Of a stretch of DNA of 22,232 bases, positions 1 through 7,800 are shown in pieces. Source of the stretch: Elusimicrobiota bacterium (GTDB lineage Bacteria > Elusimicrobiota > Elusimicrobia > UBA1565); the NCBI GenBank assembly GCA_043819795.1, contig JBDREN010000157.1, positions 1 through 22,232 on the forward strand. The letters are read 5' to 3'. The position numbers were made by a program, and so were the translations under genes. Under the pieces are notes generated by a model that saw nothing but the letters and a program-made list of their open reading frames with translations, made no database searches and was not told the DNA's origin. How positions within the stretch are numbered: position 1 is the first letter of the stretch; each line of letters opens with the position of its first letter.

Positions 1-2
1 CG

Positions 3-977
3 CGCGTGCGCGTCATCGCCCACGGCTACGCGACCGGCCTGGCCGTCTCCGCCGCTCTCGCGGCGGTCGAGGGCCGCCCCGCGGGCGGTCCTCCGGTCGT
101 CGAGCGCGTGACGGGTGTCGGCATCAGCCTCGCGTCCCTGCGCGACCGCTATCCGGACCTGTTCGCCCGGGCGCGGGCGGCCGAGGCGCCCGCCGTCGGC
201 GAATGGAACAACCTCTGGTCCGACCGGGCGCGGGTCCCGAGGACCTTCCATCTGGAGACCTGGCGGCCCGGGGATCCGGAGTTCATCCGGGTCGAGTTCG
301 GTTGGGGGGCGGCGTCGTGGCCGGTGATCGTGCGGCGCGTCTCGAGCCTCGGATCCAGGGCCTACGCCTATAGCCCGCTGGCGCCGACGGGGGAGGGCGG
401 GGATAGGGTCCGCCCGCTCCAGTCGCGCGAAGGCCGCGTTTTCCGCAAGAGGGCCGGCAAGAATGACGGCAAGAAGGTCGAAAAGAGGGTCGAGGACCTG
501 GTCGTGGGTGACCGGCCGGTCGCCGGGAGAAGGCCGGAGGCCGAGCCCGGTCCCGAGCGCAAGCGCCCTCCGATCACAAAGTACAGCGTGTCGAGCTCAG
601 GCTGGGTCTTCAGGCCGCCGCCCGGCTTCCGGACCTTCGGGTTAAGCGCTGGAACGGTCGATGTTTGGAGCAAGGGACCGTTTCGGATCTCGATGCACTA
701 TGGGCAGGGCCGGAATTCCGGGAGAAGCTCCCGTTCGGTGTGCCGTAAGCACGGGATCGACCTGGTCCGCGCCGACCACCACGGGCATCCCGCGGAGATC
801 TGCAAAGCGTTCCCTTCATTGGGGATCACGGGTGGCGAAACGCTTTATAGCGACTACTTCACGGTCGTCGGGGACCTATACGGCATCACGGTCCACTACA
901 GCTACCCGCAGAGCCGCCGCGATGAGGAGTTGGATACCTACATGACGGCGATCGAGGCCCTCACCCCCGCGCGGTAG
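3..977 (+). CDS. Hypothetical protein, 5'-truncated by the window edge; N-part resembles a degenerate alpha/beta-hydrolase segment, C-part resembles a PsbP/DcrB-like domain
   Basis: Frame is open from position 3 to TAG 975-977. VIAHGYATGLA...VERVTGVG recalls the hydrolase nucleophile-elbow region but lacks Ser. GWVFRPPPGF...LYGITVHY...DTYMTAIEAL recalls the PsbP/DcrB pattern. Domain calls are by eye only. Confidence 0.55.
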   Translation, partial: RVRVIAHGYATGLAVSAALAAVEGRPAGGPPVVERVTGVGISLASLRDRYPDLFARARAAEAPAVGEWNNLWSDRARVPRTFHLETWRPGDPEFIRVEFGWGAASWPVIVRRVSSLGSRAYAYSPLAPTGEGGDRVRPLQSREGRVFRKRAGKNDGKKVEKRVEDLVVGDRPVAGRRPEAEPGPERKRPPITKYSVSSSGWVFRPPPGFRTFGLSAGTVDVWSKGPFRISMHYGQGRNSGRSSRSVCRKHGIDLVRADHHGHPAEICKAFPSLGITGGETLYSDYFTVVGDLYGITVHYSYPQSRRDEELDTYMTAIEALTPAR

Positions 978-1018
978 GTGCGCGGGACGACCCGGGAGAT
1001 CGGGTCCGGCGGGACGGG

Positions 1019-1672
1019 CTACTTCTCCCAGCCGTCTCTCACGATCAGGAAGACCGAATACAGGATGAGGGCGGAGCCGGCCAGGAACACGATGCGGGCC
1101 ACGCCCTCGTTCTGGACGAGCAGGCCCGTCCGCTCCAGAAGATAGGTCCAATCGTGCACGCCGCCGGCGACCAGGGGGAGTTCCTGCCGGCGGGCGTCGT
1201 CGATGTAGATGCTGATGTTGAGGAGGTTCTCCCCCGTCCACCACAGCATGAGCTGAGCCCCGATGGCGGACTTCCTCCTCAGGAAATGGACGGCGCAGGC
1301 CAGCGGGATGGCGAGCTGCATGAGCGTGCCGCCGGCCACCATGAGGAAACGGGGGAAGAACCCGAACACGATGTGGCCGCCTTCGTGGAAGGCCAGGTTC
1401 ACGTGGTCGATCGGGGAGAAATAGACCTCCTGGCGCAGGAAGGGCAGGACCATGAGGACGAGCGCGATCGCCAAGACGACGCGGCCGATGAGCCGCTTGG
1501 AGCCGGCGGGCGCGCTTTGCTCTTTCAGGGTTTTCTTAGGTTCGGCCGGGGGACCCGGCGCGGGCGCCGCCTTTTTCTCTTCGGCCCCCAGCTTCGCGTA
1601 GCAGGCCCAGCAGTATTCGCGCTCGCCGTCGTTGAGCTCGCCGCAGGAGGGGCATTTCACGCGCTCACGCAT
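1019..1672 (-). CDS. Zinc-ribbon plus HExxH integral membrane protein (M50-like putative metallopeptidase)
   Basis: ATG at 1672 overlaps the upstream gene stop (1665-1667). N-terminal CPSC...CWAC, then hydrophobic helices with NLAFHEGGH, AGGTLMQL, YIDDA and GGVHDW. 217 aa. Confidence 0.75.
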   Translation of the reverse strand: MRERVKCPSCGELNDGEREYCWACYAKLGAEEKKAAPAPGPPAEPKKTLKEQSAPAGSKRLIGRVVLAIALVLMVLPFLRQEVYFSPIDHVNLAFHEGGHIVFGFFPRFLMVAGGTLMQLAIPLACAVHFLRRKSAIGAQLMLWWTGENLLNISIYIDDARRQELPLVAGGVHDWTYLLERTGLLVQNEGVARIVFLAGSALILYSVFLIVRDGWEK

Positions 1673-3125
1673 CGGGAGGCGGGCTTCCGGGAGGGGGACC
1701 TTGCTCCTCCTCGAAGGAGTCGGTCTCGAATACCTGAAACTGGGCCTCCGGGGATTTCCAGGCGTCTTTCGCGAGCCCGGCCTTGTGCTCGGCCAGCGCG
1801 GAGAGGAACGCTTCTTTAGTCTTGAATTTCTTCCACACCGAAGGCAGGAACAGCCCGCGCGAGAGACCCAGGCCGATGACGACGCCGAGGCCCGGCCGGA
1901 TCTCATCGAGGCGGGCGGTCCTCATCGGGGAGAGCACCGAGATCTCGCCCGCCAGCCGGGGCAGCTCCTCGGGCGTGACGGGGGCGAAGCGCGTGTCGGC
2001 GCGCGCGCTCTCGACGGCGAAACGGCAAACCGCGTTGCCGAGGGTCCGGCCCGGGTAGGGCGTGCCCACGCACCCGCGCAGCTCCATGCCTTGTTGCCCG
2101 CGGACGCGCCACGTCACGAAGACGCCCGAGGGGACGTTGAAGCGGGGGTTGTCGAACAGGACGGGCTCCGGTTGGGCGCCCGTCTTCAGGTAGATCGCCA
2201 AGGCGCGCCGCGCCAGGGCGAGCAGCTCGCGCCTTTCCTGCGGCTCCAGAGGGACGCGGAACGCGGGCCGCTCCGTCCCGCCGCGGAGGAATACGACGGC
2301 GCCGTAGCCGACGGCGCGGCCCGGATCGCCGCCCGCGTCCGCGGAGTTGGCGTAGGCCAGCACCCGGGCGCGATCCGTCCCCATGGCGAGCAGGGCGTGC
2401 AGCGTCACGGCCACCGCCCCTTTTCCGCACCAGGTGCAGCGCAGCTCGGGGACGCCGAACTCCATGAGGAGCTCCGCGGCTTTCCAGAAGAGGTCGGGAT
2501 GCAGGCTCGCGCAGGACTCGAGGGAGGCGGGGTCCACGCGGCGGGCGTCCTCGGCGGCCGGGTAGTGGGAGAGGTCCGAGGCGGCCAGCACGACGGCCCG
2601 GCGTCCTTTCAGAGTCCGGGCGAGGGCCCGGCCCAGCTCGGCGGCCTCCTCGAAGCGCGACACGCTCGTGACGATGGGCAGCACCTTGACGGAGGGGAAC
2701 AGCCTCTGGAGAAAGGGTATCTGGGTCTCGACCGAGTGCTCGCGCTCATGGGCCTCCGGGGAGAGCCGGACGCCGGGATGGGCCTTGCGGAGGGCCTCCG
2801 CCAGCTCCAGGTCGACCGGGACCGTCCCGAGAGGAGTGGAGTAGGCCTCGTGGTCGTCGACCTCCAGGCCCGGGGCGCGGCCGAAATGGGCGCTGCCGAT
2901 CACGACCGCGGTCTCGACCTGGAGCCCCTTCAGGGCCCGGTAGGCCCGGGCCGCCACCCGTCCGGAATAGGCGTATCCCGCGTGGGGGACGAGGGCGCCC
3001 AGCGCCGTGCCTTGCGGCGTTTCGGAGGGCGATTCCCGCAGCAGGGCGTCGACCAGGTCGGAGAGCTCCCGGGCTCCGCCCGGATAGAAACGGCCGGCCG
3101 CGGCGGGACGGCGTAGGCTCGGCAT
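1665..3125 (-). CDS. amrB: AmmeMemoRadiSam system protein B (MEMO1 family) fused to protein A (AMMECR1 family)
   Basis: MEMO1 motifs RRPAAAGRFYP, PHAGYAYSG, EHSVETQIPFLQ, SDLSHY, WCG, VGYG. AMMECR1 motifs GVFVT, LRGCVG, DTRF, EISVLS, GLFLPSV, KAG. Start placed at ATG 3125, just downstream of a consensus promoter. 486 aa. Confidence 0.9.
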   Translation of the reverse strand: MPSLRRPAAAGRFYPGGARELSDLVDALLRESPSETPQGTALGALVPHAGYAYSGRVAARAYRALKGLQVETAVVIGSAHFGRAPGLEVDDHEAYSTPLGTVPVDLELAEALRKAHPGVRLSPEAHEREHSVETQIPFLQRLFPSVKVLPIVTSVSRFEEAAELGRALARTLKGRRAVVLAASDLSHYPAAEDARRVDPASLESCASLHPDLFWKAAELLMEFGVPELRCTWCGKGAVAVTLHALLAMGTDRARVLAYANSADAGGDPGRAVGYGAVVFLRGGTERPAFRVPLEPQERRELLALARRALAIYLKTGAQPEPVLFDNPRFNVPSGVFVTWRVRGQQGMELRGCVGTPYPGRTLGNAVCRFAVESARADTRFAPVTPEELPRLAGEISVLSPMRTARLDEIRPGLGVVIGLGLSRGLFLPSVWKKFKTKEAFLSALAEHKAGLAKDAWKSPEAQFQVFETDSFEEEQGPPPGSPPPDA

Positions 3126-3132
3126 TTGTCCC

Positions 3133-3161
3133 AGTATAGGCCCAATCCCGGCCGGCGTCAA
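3133..3161 (-). promoter_or_regulatory. Sigma70-type promoter for the amrB-A fusion (probably leaderless mRNA)
   Basis: Minus strand reads TTGACG-17 nt-TATACT followed by only 7 nt before ATG 3125. Confidence 0.75.
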
Positions 3162-3180
3162 CATGCTCGCGTCCCATGTT

Positions 3181-3403
3181 CGCGGCCCTCCCCCGCGGGG
3201 AGGGCCGCGGAAGCAGGAGGGGGCAGATGCCGTGTCGTGCATCAGTGAGGAGTTTGAAGGGCTGCCCCCCCTACTGGAGCAGTCCCCCGCGGGGGGACTG
3301 CTGACATCCCCGCGGGGAGGGACGCGCAAGTAGGAGGGGGGAAGTCGCTGTGTCGTGCCTCAATGAGGCGCTTGAAGGGCAGCCCCCCGTAGGGGGGGCC
3401 GCC
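3181..3403. repeat. Cluster of REP-like GC palindromes inside an imperfect ~84-nt direct repeat
   Basis: Stems 3181-3193/3197-3209 (13 bp), 3278-3288/3292-3302 (11 bp) and 3378-3388/3393-3403 (1 mismatch); palindrome TCCCCGCGGGGA 3307-3318; 3191-3273 is similar to 3308-3391. Confidence 0.8.
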
Positions 3404-3416
3404 GGCACCGCGTCAT

Positions 3417-3445
3417 TTGAACCGGGCCACCCATCTTGTTACAAT
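3417..3445 (+). promoter_or_regulatory. Sigma70-type promoter for the cheY-cheC-like pair
   Basis: TTGAAC (3417-3422)-17 nt-TACAAT (3440-3445), with extended -10 TG at 3437-3438. Confidence 0.7.
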
Positions 3446-3532
3446 GCATGGCTGGCGCGACCCGTCGGGGACCAGGGTTCCGGGAGACGGAGTCCGCCCC
3501 GTCACGGGCCGCCGGAGGTCTGGGAGGTTCTT

Positions 3533-3919
3533 ATGGGTTACCGAGTCCTGATCGTCGACGATTCCCCCGTTCTCCGCATCATGATGCAGGAGATGCTGGA
3601 GTCTCTCGGCCATCAGATCGTCGCCGAGGCCGGCAGCGGGGAAGCCGCGCTCAATGCCTACCGCGCCAACAAGCCGGACCTGGTGACGCTGGACATCTCC
3701 CTCCCGGACATGAACGGCCTGGAGGTCCTGGAGAAGATGCGCCGGATCGACCCGTCGGCCAACGTGCTGATCGTCACCGGCAACAACCAAAAGGAGATCG
3801 AGCGAAGGGCCACCGCCTTGAGGGCCCTCGGCGTGCTGCACAAGCCGTTCGACGAGGAAGATCTGACCGCCTTGCTCGAGAAGGTCGCGGCCCGCATGCG
3901 ATCACGTCCCACGACATGA
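3533..3919 (+). CDS. CheY-like single-domain response regulator
   Basis: RBS GGAGG 3523-3527, ATG 3533. Motifs VLIVDDS, PDLVTLDISLPDMNG (phospho-Asp), IVTG, KPF. 128 aa. The ORF-track start at 3350 runs through the palindrome region and promoter. Confidence 0.92.
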   Translation: MGYRVLIVDDSPVLRIMMQEMLESLGHQIVAEAGSGEAALNAYRANKPDLVTLDISLPDMNGLEVLEKMRRIDPSANVLIVTGNNQKEIERRATALRALGVLHKPFDEEDLTALLEKVAARMRSRPTT

Positions 3920-4515
3920 GCCTGACCCTCCGGGAAAGAGAGAAGATCACCGGCCTCATCGAGGAAGGCGTGGTCATGAGCGCCGACCGCCTCGGGAAGA
4001 TGTCGAGGACGGAATGGGGCGTCATGTCCTCGAGCACCAACGAGTTCCCGGCCGTCCGCCTGCTCACCCGCTTCACCCGCAGCAAGGAGCCCCACGTGGG
4101 GGCGAGGCTGCGCACCGAGACGGAGCTCGCGATGGAGATGCTGATCCTGTTCTCGGCGCGGAGCGCCCGGGCCGTGACGGACGTGGTGACGAAGCCGTTC
4201 TCCGACCGCCTCAGGCGCCTGCCGGACCTCGTGCCGCTGACGATCGCCGAGGTCTCCAATGTCATGGGCCAGAGCGTGGTCGGCGCCTTGGCCGACCGTT
4301 TCGGCCGGGCGCTGATCGTCTCGGCTCCCGAGGTGAAGACGGGGACGAAGGCCGACCTCCTGGGGGAGGCGTTCGACCGCTACGACGGCCGCAAGGACGT
4401 GCTGCTGATGTCGCACGTGGAGCTGTACTCCATGAACCTGGCCGCCGAATGCAGCATGGTCACCATCGTCGAGTCCGCCGCGATCCGCGACTTTCTCGCC
4501 TCGACCCCCGTTTGA
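3916..4515 (+). CDS. CheC/CheX-family response-regulator phosphatase
   Basis: ATGA overlap with the receiver gene. AEVSNVMGQSVVGALADRFGRALIVSAP fits the E-x2-N-x22-P active-site motif exactly. 199 aa. Confidence 0.8.
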   Translation: MSLTLREREKITGLIEEGVVMSADRLGKMSRTEWGVMSSSTNEFPAVRLLTRFTRSKEPHVGARLRTETELAMEMLILFSARSARAVTDVVTKPFSDRLRRLPDLVPLTIAEVSNVMGQSVVGALADRFGRALIVSAPEVKTGTKADLLGEAFDRYDGRKDVLLMSHVELYSMNLAAECSMVTIVESAAIRDFLASTPV

Positions 4516-4545
4516 AGACGGATCCGGCGTCAGGTGTTAAGTTCG

Positions 4546-4592
4546 TTGAGTAACTCGACAGCCGGTGCCAGGCACCGGGTTTGAGTAACTCG
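4546..4592. repeat. Direct repeat TTGAGTAACTCG (x2) flanking the palindrome CCGGTGCC-A-GGCACCGG
   Basis: Repeat copies at 4546-4557 and 4581-4592; palindrome arms 4562-4569 and 4571-4578. Confidence 0.75.
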
Positions 4593-4645
4593 GCGATTAG
4601 CGGGGAGTAGCTGGCTCAGCTGAGATCAGTGACGCCTGTTTGAGC

Positions 4646-6061
4646 ATGGCGGACACCAAAGACAAGGTCCATTTCGTGGGCATCGGCGGCTGCGGCATGA
4701 GCGCGCTGGCCCAGTTCCACGCCATGGGCGGCGGCGAGGCCAGCGGCTCGGACCGCCTGCTCGACCGCGGGCAGATCGCCGACCTGAGGGAGCGTTTGGA
4801 GGCCCTCGGCGTCCGGCTCGTCGCGCAGGACGGCAGCGGGATCGACTCCGGGACCCGGGAAGTCGTCGCCTCGACGGCGGTCGAGGACAGCAACCGCGAC
4901 GTCGCGCGCGCGCGGGAGCTCGGCATCCCCGTCGTCCTCCGGGCCGACGCGCTCGCGCGGCATGTGGCCGGCCACCGGACCCTCGCCGTCGCCGGGACGA
5001 GCGGCAAGTCCACGGTCACGGCCATGGCCTACGAGATCCTGGAGGTCGGCGGGCTCGGGCCGTCCCTCATCACCGGGGCGCCGCTCAACCGGCTCGTGGA
5101 CAAGGGCCTCATCGGCAACGCCTTCCGCGGGGATTCGGACCTTCTGGTGGCAGAGGCCGACGAGAGCGACGGGATGCTCCCGAAGTACGAGCCCTGGATC
5201 GGCCTGCTGCTCAACCTCGGCAAGGACCACAAGGAGGTCTCCGAGATCCGGGACATGTTCCTGAAGCTCCGGAGCCGGTCGCGGCGCTTCGTGGTGAACG
5301 CGGACGCCGCGAACCTGGCCGAGCTGCGGGAGGGAAGCGTGTCCTTCGGCTTCTCCGGGGGATCGGTGCGGGGCAGGGACCTGAAGACCGGGCCGAGGGG
5401 CTCGACCTTCAGCGTGGACGGCGTGCGCTTCGAGGTCCCGCTCCCGGGCCGCCACAACGCGGAGAACGCGCTTGCCGCGGCGGCGGCCTGCATCGAGGCC
5501 GGGGTCGCGCTCGAGACCGCGGCCGGCGCGCTGGCGCGCTACCGGGGCGTGGCGCGGCGCTTCGAGGCCGTCGGGACGAGCGACGGCGTCGAGGTGATCG
5601 ACGATTACGCCCATAACCCGGACAAGGTCAAGGCCGCGCTCGCCGCCGCCCATCTGCGCGCGGGGCGCGTATTGGCCGTCTATCAGCCGCACGGCTTCGG
5701 ACCGACGCGCTTCCTGAAAGCGGAGTTCATCGAGGCCTTCGCCGCGGCGCTGGGGCCTTCCGACGTGCTTTGGCTCTCCGAGATCTACTACGCGGGCGGG
5801 ACGGCGGTCCGGGACATCACCTCCGACGACATCGCGGCGCCGCTGCGTTCCCGGGGTGTGGACGCCCGCTACGCGCCCGACCGCGAGGCCGTGGCCGGCG
5901 AGATCGCGCGCGCGGCGCGCCCCGGCGACGTGGTTCTCGTTCTCGGCGCCCGCGACCCGACCTTGGGCGCGTACGCGCGGAGGATCCTCGAAGCCCTGCG
6001 GCGCCGGTGCTGGCGGCCCGAAGAAGGCCGCGAGGCGTCGCCCACAAGGAGCGCGCCATGA
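4646..6061 (+). CDS. MurC/Mpl-like Mur ligase, divergent stand-alone paralogue
   Basis: VHFVGIGGCGMSALA Rossmann motif, P-loop AGTSGKSTVT, EADESDG, LPGRHNAENALAA, GVARRFE, DDYAHNP. Start ATG 4646 (TTG 4640 is an alternative). Confidence 0.88.
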   Translation: MADTKDKVHFVGIGGCGMSALAQFHAMGGGEASGSDRLLDRGQIADLRERLEALGVRLVAQDGSGIDSGTREVVASTAVEDSNRDVARARELGIPVVLRADALARHVAGHRTLAVAGTSGKSTVTAMAYEILEVGGLGPSLITGAPLNRLVDKGLIGNAFRGDSDLLVAEADESDGMLPKYEPWIGLLLNLGKDHKEVSEIRDMFLKLRSRSRRFVVNADAANLAELREGSVSFGFSGGSVRGRDLKTGPRGSTFSVDGVRFEVPLPGRHNAENALAAAAACIEAGVALETAAGALARYRGVARRFEAVGTSDGVEVIDDYAHNPDKVKAALAAAHLRAGRVLAVYQPHGFGPTRFLKAEFIEAFAAALGPSDVLWLSEIYYAGGTAVRDITSDDIAAPLRSRGVDARYAPDREAVAGEIARAARPGDVVLVLGARDPTLGAYARRILEALRRRCWRPEEGREASPTRSAP

Positions 6062-7800
6062 GCCGGAGTCCCGTCCGAAAGACCTCCGCGAAGAAGAATC
6101 AGTCATTGAAGGCTTTTTTCCGCGGAGAGTGGGAGCACACGCTCCGCGAGCACCCGGTCCTGGCTTCGCGGATGGGGGACCGGCGCTACAACGACCGGTG
6201 GGACGACCTGAGCCTGGATGCGTACGCACGTCGTGAGGAGCACGAGCGGCGGGTGCTCAAGCACCTCTCCGGGCTCGATCCCGCGACGCTTTCCGACGCG
6301 GACCGGCTCAACTGCCGCCTCTTCCTCCGCGAGTGCCGGATGGACCTGGGGATCTACCGTCATCGCCTGCATCTGCTGACGCTCAATCAGCTCGGCGGCA
6401 TCCAGACGGCCAGCCAGCTCGCGGACGAGTTCCCGCTCGAGACCGCGGCGGACTACCGGGACTGGATCGCGAGGCTGCGGGCCTTCCCGGGGTTCATGGA
6501 CCAGATGATCGCGCTCATGCGCGCCGGCATCGAAGCCGGCGTCATCCATCCGAAGGTCGTCCTCGAGCGCGTCGCGGACCAGATCGAGACCCAGATCACC
6601 GAGGATCCGGAGCAGAGCCCGTTCTATAAGCCGTTCGGACAGATCCCCCGCGAGATCGGAAGCAAGGAGCGCGGGCGTCTGGCCGCGGACGGGAAGCGCG
6701 CCATCCGGGACGCCGTCGTCCCCGCGTTCCGCCGGTTCCGGGAGTTCTTCGGGGCTGAGTACCTGCCGGCCGGATACGACAAGGTCGGCATGTGGCAGTT
6801 CCCCCGGGGCAGGCAGGCCTACGCGCACCTCGTCCGCATGTTCACGACGACCGACTTGACTCCCGACGAGGTCCATCGCATCGGCAAGCGCGAGGTGCGG
6901 CGCATCGGCGCCGAGATGAAGAAGGTCATGAAGCGGACGGGTTTTAGGGGCGGGCTCAAGGGTTTTATGCGGTTCCTCCGCACCGACCCCCGCTTTTTTT
7001 ATAAGACGGGCGAGGAGCTGCTCCAGGCCTACCGGGCGCTCGCCAAGCGCATCGATCCCGCCGTCGTGAGGCTTTTCCGGAGGCTGCCGTGGATCCCCTA
7101 CGGCGTCGAGCCGGTGCCCAAGCACCTCGAGCCGCACATGCCGGCGGCCTTCTACCGGCGGCCCGCCGCCGACGGCTCGCGCGCGGGCAGCTTCTTCGTC
7201 AATCTCTATCAGGTCGAGACGCGTCCGAAGTACGAAATGGCGGTGTTGACGCTCCACGAGGCGGTCCCGGGGCACCACCTGCAGATCGCGCACTCGATGG
7301 AGCTCAAGGGCCTTCCGGAGTTCCGCCGCTACGGGGGGTACACGGCCTTCATCGAGGGCTGGGGGCTCTACAGCGAGTCGCTCGGCGAGGAGCTGGGCCT
7401 CTTCGACGACCCTTATTGGAAGTTCGGGCAGCTCACCTTCGAGATGTGGCGGGCGGTGCGCCTCGTCGTGGACACGGGTATCCACTACCACGCCTGGAGC
7501 CGCCGGAAGGCCATAGAATACTGCGTCGTCAACTGCGCGCGGTCCCCGCAGGATATGGTCAACGAGGTCGACCGCTACATCGCCATGCCGGGGCAGGCGC
7601 TCGCCTACAAGATCGGGGAGCTCAAGATCCAGGAGCTGCGCGAGCGCGGGCGCAGGGCGCTGGGCAAGCGCTTCGACATCCGGGCCTTCCACGACGCGAT
7701 CTTGGGCCAGGGGGCGGTCACCCTCGAGGTGCTCGAGTCCCAGGTGAAGGCGTGGATTAGGTCCGCCGCTAAGGGCGCCTCGGGACGCTCTAAGCCGTGA
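6058..7800 (+). CDS. DUF885 family protein (putative zinc metallopeptidase)
   Basis: RBS AAGGAG 6046-6051 and ATGA overlap with the Mur ligase. HEAVPGHH, FIEGWGLYSE, RAVRLVVDTGIH and EVDRYIAMPGQALAYKIG are DUF885 hallmarks. 580 aa, no signal peptide. Confidence 0.9.
   Translation: MSRSPVRKTSAKKNQSLKAFFRGEWEHTLREHPVLASRMGDRRYNDRWDDLSLDAYARREEHERRVLKHLSGLDPATLSDADRLNCRLFLRECRMDLGIYRHRLHLLTLNQLGGIQTASQLADEFPLETAADYRDWIARLRAFPGFMDQMIALMRAGIEAGVIHPKVVLERVADQIETQITEDPEQSPFYKPFGQIPREIGSKERGRLAADGKRAIRDAVVPAFRRFREFFGAEYLPAGYDKVGMWQFPRGRQAYAHLVRMFTTTDLTPDEVHRIGKREVRRIGAEMKKVMKRTGFRGGLKGFMRFLRTDPRFFYKTGEELLQAYRALAKRIDPAVVRLFRRLPWIPYGVEPVPKHLEPHMPAAFYRRPAADGSRAGSFFVNLYQVETRPKYEMAVLTLHEAVPGHHLQIAHSMELKGLPEFRRYGGYTAFIEGWGLYSESLGEELGLFDDPYWKFGQLTFEMWRAVRLVVDTGIHYHAWSRRKAIEYCVVNCARSPQDMVNEVDRYIAMPGQALAYKIGELKIQELRERGRRALGKRFDIRAFHDAILGQGAVTLEVLESQVKAWIRSAAKGASGRSKP

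Noticed and set aside
3350..3532. N-terminal extensions in the ORF track (3350 for the receiver, 3436 for CheC-like, 3329 for amrB-A; similarly 1906, 5770, 14406, 19039, 19876, 20021)
   Set aside because: They run through promoters, palindromes or neighbouring genes; downstream starts have RBS, stop-start overlap or promoter support.
4598..4640. tRNA 5' end or yybP-ykoY riboswitch suggested by GCGGGGAGTAGC...CTCAGCTG
   Set aside because: No cloverleaf, T-loop or CCA end follows, and the downstream conserved riboswitch elements are not visible before the Mur ligase start.
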